64,000 nt of DNA from the NCBI GenBank assembly GCA_026770705.1, contig JANJGN010000052.1, positions 3,224,001 through 3,288,000 of the forward strand, in the 5' to 3' direction. The number at the start of each line of letters is the position of its first letter. Positions within the stretch are counted from its first letter, which is position 1. The translations under genes were made by a program, and so were the position numbers. The notes beneath the pieces were generated by a model that worked only from the letters and a program-made list of their open reading frames with translations, was not told where the DNA came from and searched no databases. Origin of the DNA: Isurus oxyrinchus. Taxonomy: Eukaryota. This document shows positions 62,902 through 64,000 of the stretch, one piece after another.

Positions 62902-64000
62902 CTGGGGAGAGAAATATCAATATTTAACTCTGGATGGTTTGTAGATCCACTAGACTCGATATCCACCCCCTCCATCACTGGGGCACAGTGGCTGCAGTGT
63001 GGACCATCTACAGGACACACAAGGAACTCCCCAAGGTTTCACAATGGATGGAAGAGAATCCTGGACACAGGAATGGACAAGTTCATTCTACATTGGCTCA
63101 TGGTCCTCAGGACCCTGTTTAGTGAAGTCAGTCTTCCACCCAACACAGTGTCTCCAAGTCATGTGTTTTTCAAATTATCCGTTCATGGGATGTGCCCAGC
63201 ATTTATTACCCATCCCATGTCCATCAGAGGCATTTAAGAATCAATTGTATTGCTGTGGGTTTGGAGTGACATATAGGCCAGACTCGGTAAGGGTGGAGAT
63301 TTCCTTCCCTGAAGGGGATCAGTGAACCAGGCTTTTTAATCCCATTCATCTGCTGTGATGGGATTTACACCCAGGGCCCCAGAGCATCACCCTGGGCCTC
63401 TGGAATACTAGCCCAGTGACAATGCCTCTCTACTGCCGCTTCCCCTTAGTGAAGCCAGTCTTCCACCCAACACAGTGTCTACGAGACCCACCCATTGAGA
63501 TCCATTCAGTGCTGATTTTCAAGACAGGACAATGGATTAGGAGCCCTCAGAACTCCCCCCATTATCACCGTCATGAATCACTAATTAGCCTAACATTCCT
63601 GTCTGCTCTTCAACACAGCTGATTGGCTAATTTGATTCAATCTGATTGGTGCACTTTGTATCTTCATTGTCTGAGGAATCACTTTGGACCCTCATTGTCT
63701 AAGGAATCTCTTTGGATCCTCATTGTCTGAGGAATCCCTTTGGATCCTCATTGTCTAAGGAATCTCTTTGGATCCTCATTGTCTAAGGAATCTCTTTGGA
63801 TCCTCATTGTCTGAGGAATCTCTTTGGATCCTCATTGTCTGAGGAATCTCTTAGGATCCTCATTGTCTAATGGATTATTTCTGATCCAAACCCCATATTG
63901 TTGTATTGTTGATTCCGATGCAGCATTGTAGACTGACTTGTCCCCAAGCTCAGCACTGACCCTACTCCAGCAGAGACTGTGAAACACACTAACAAAGCGC

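Overview
This is eukaryotic, repeat-rich genomic DNA. Its repeats (CR1 and L2 LINEs, Penelope-like elements, 33-bp arrays resembling the DeuSINE core) suggest a cartilaginous fish; that is an inference. The window holds a minus-strand tandem cluster of Siglec-like Ig-superfamily receptor genes, reconstructed here by hand from GT-AG sites and exon phases. Gene A (12685-27588) is intact: leader, V, five further Ig domains, an uncharged TM and an ITIM+ITSM tail, about 755 aa. Gene B (31198 to 50421/52695) has two tandem promoter/leader modules, four V exons (three from an exact 2306-bp triplication, one lacking the essential sialic-acid Arg), one C2, a truncated Ig exon, and an Arg-containing TM with a short Tyr-free tail, i.e. 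an activating type. Gene C (about 55315-62901, leader off-window) has a V exon with two stops, a C2, a TM and downstream exons carrying YxN/ITAM-like motifs. A frameshifted remnant of the same type lies at 475-2089. The main candidate system is a paired inhibitory/activating Siglec-like family whose near-identical V/C2 ectodomains are joined to three different signalling tails. All gene models lack transcript evidence, and three assembly gaps are present.
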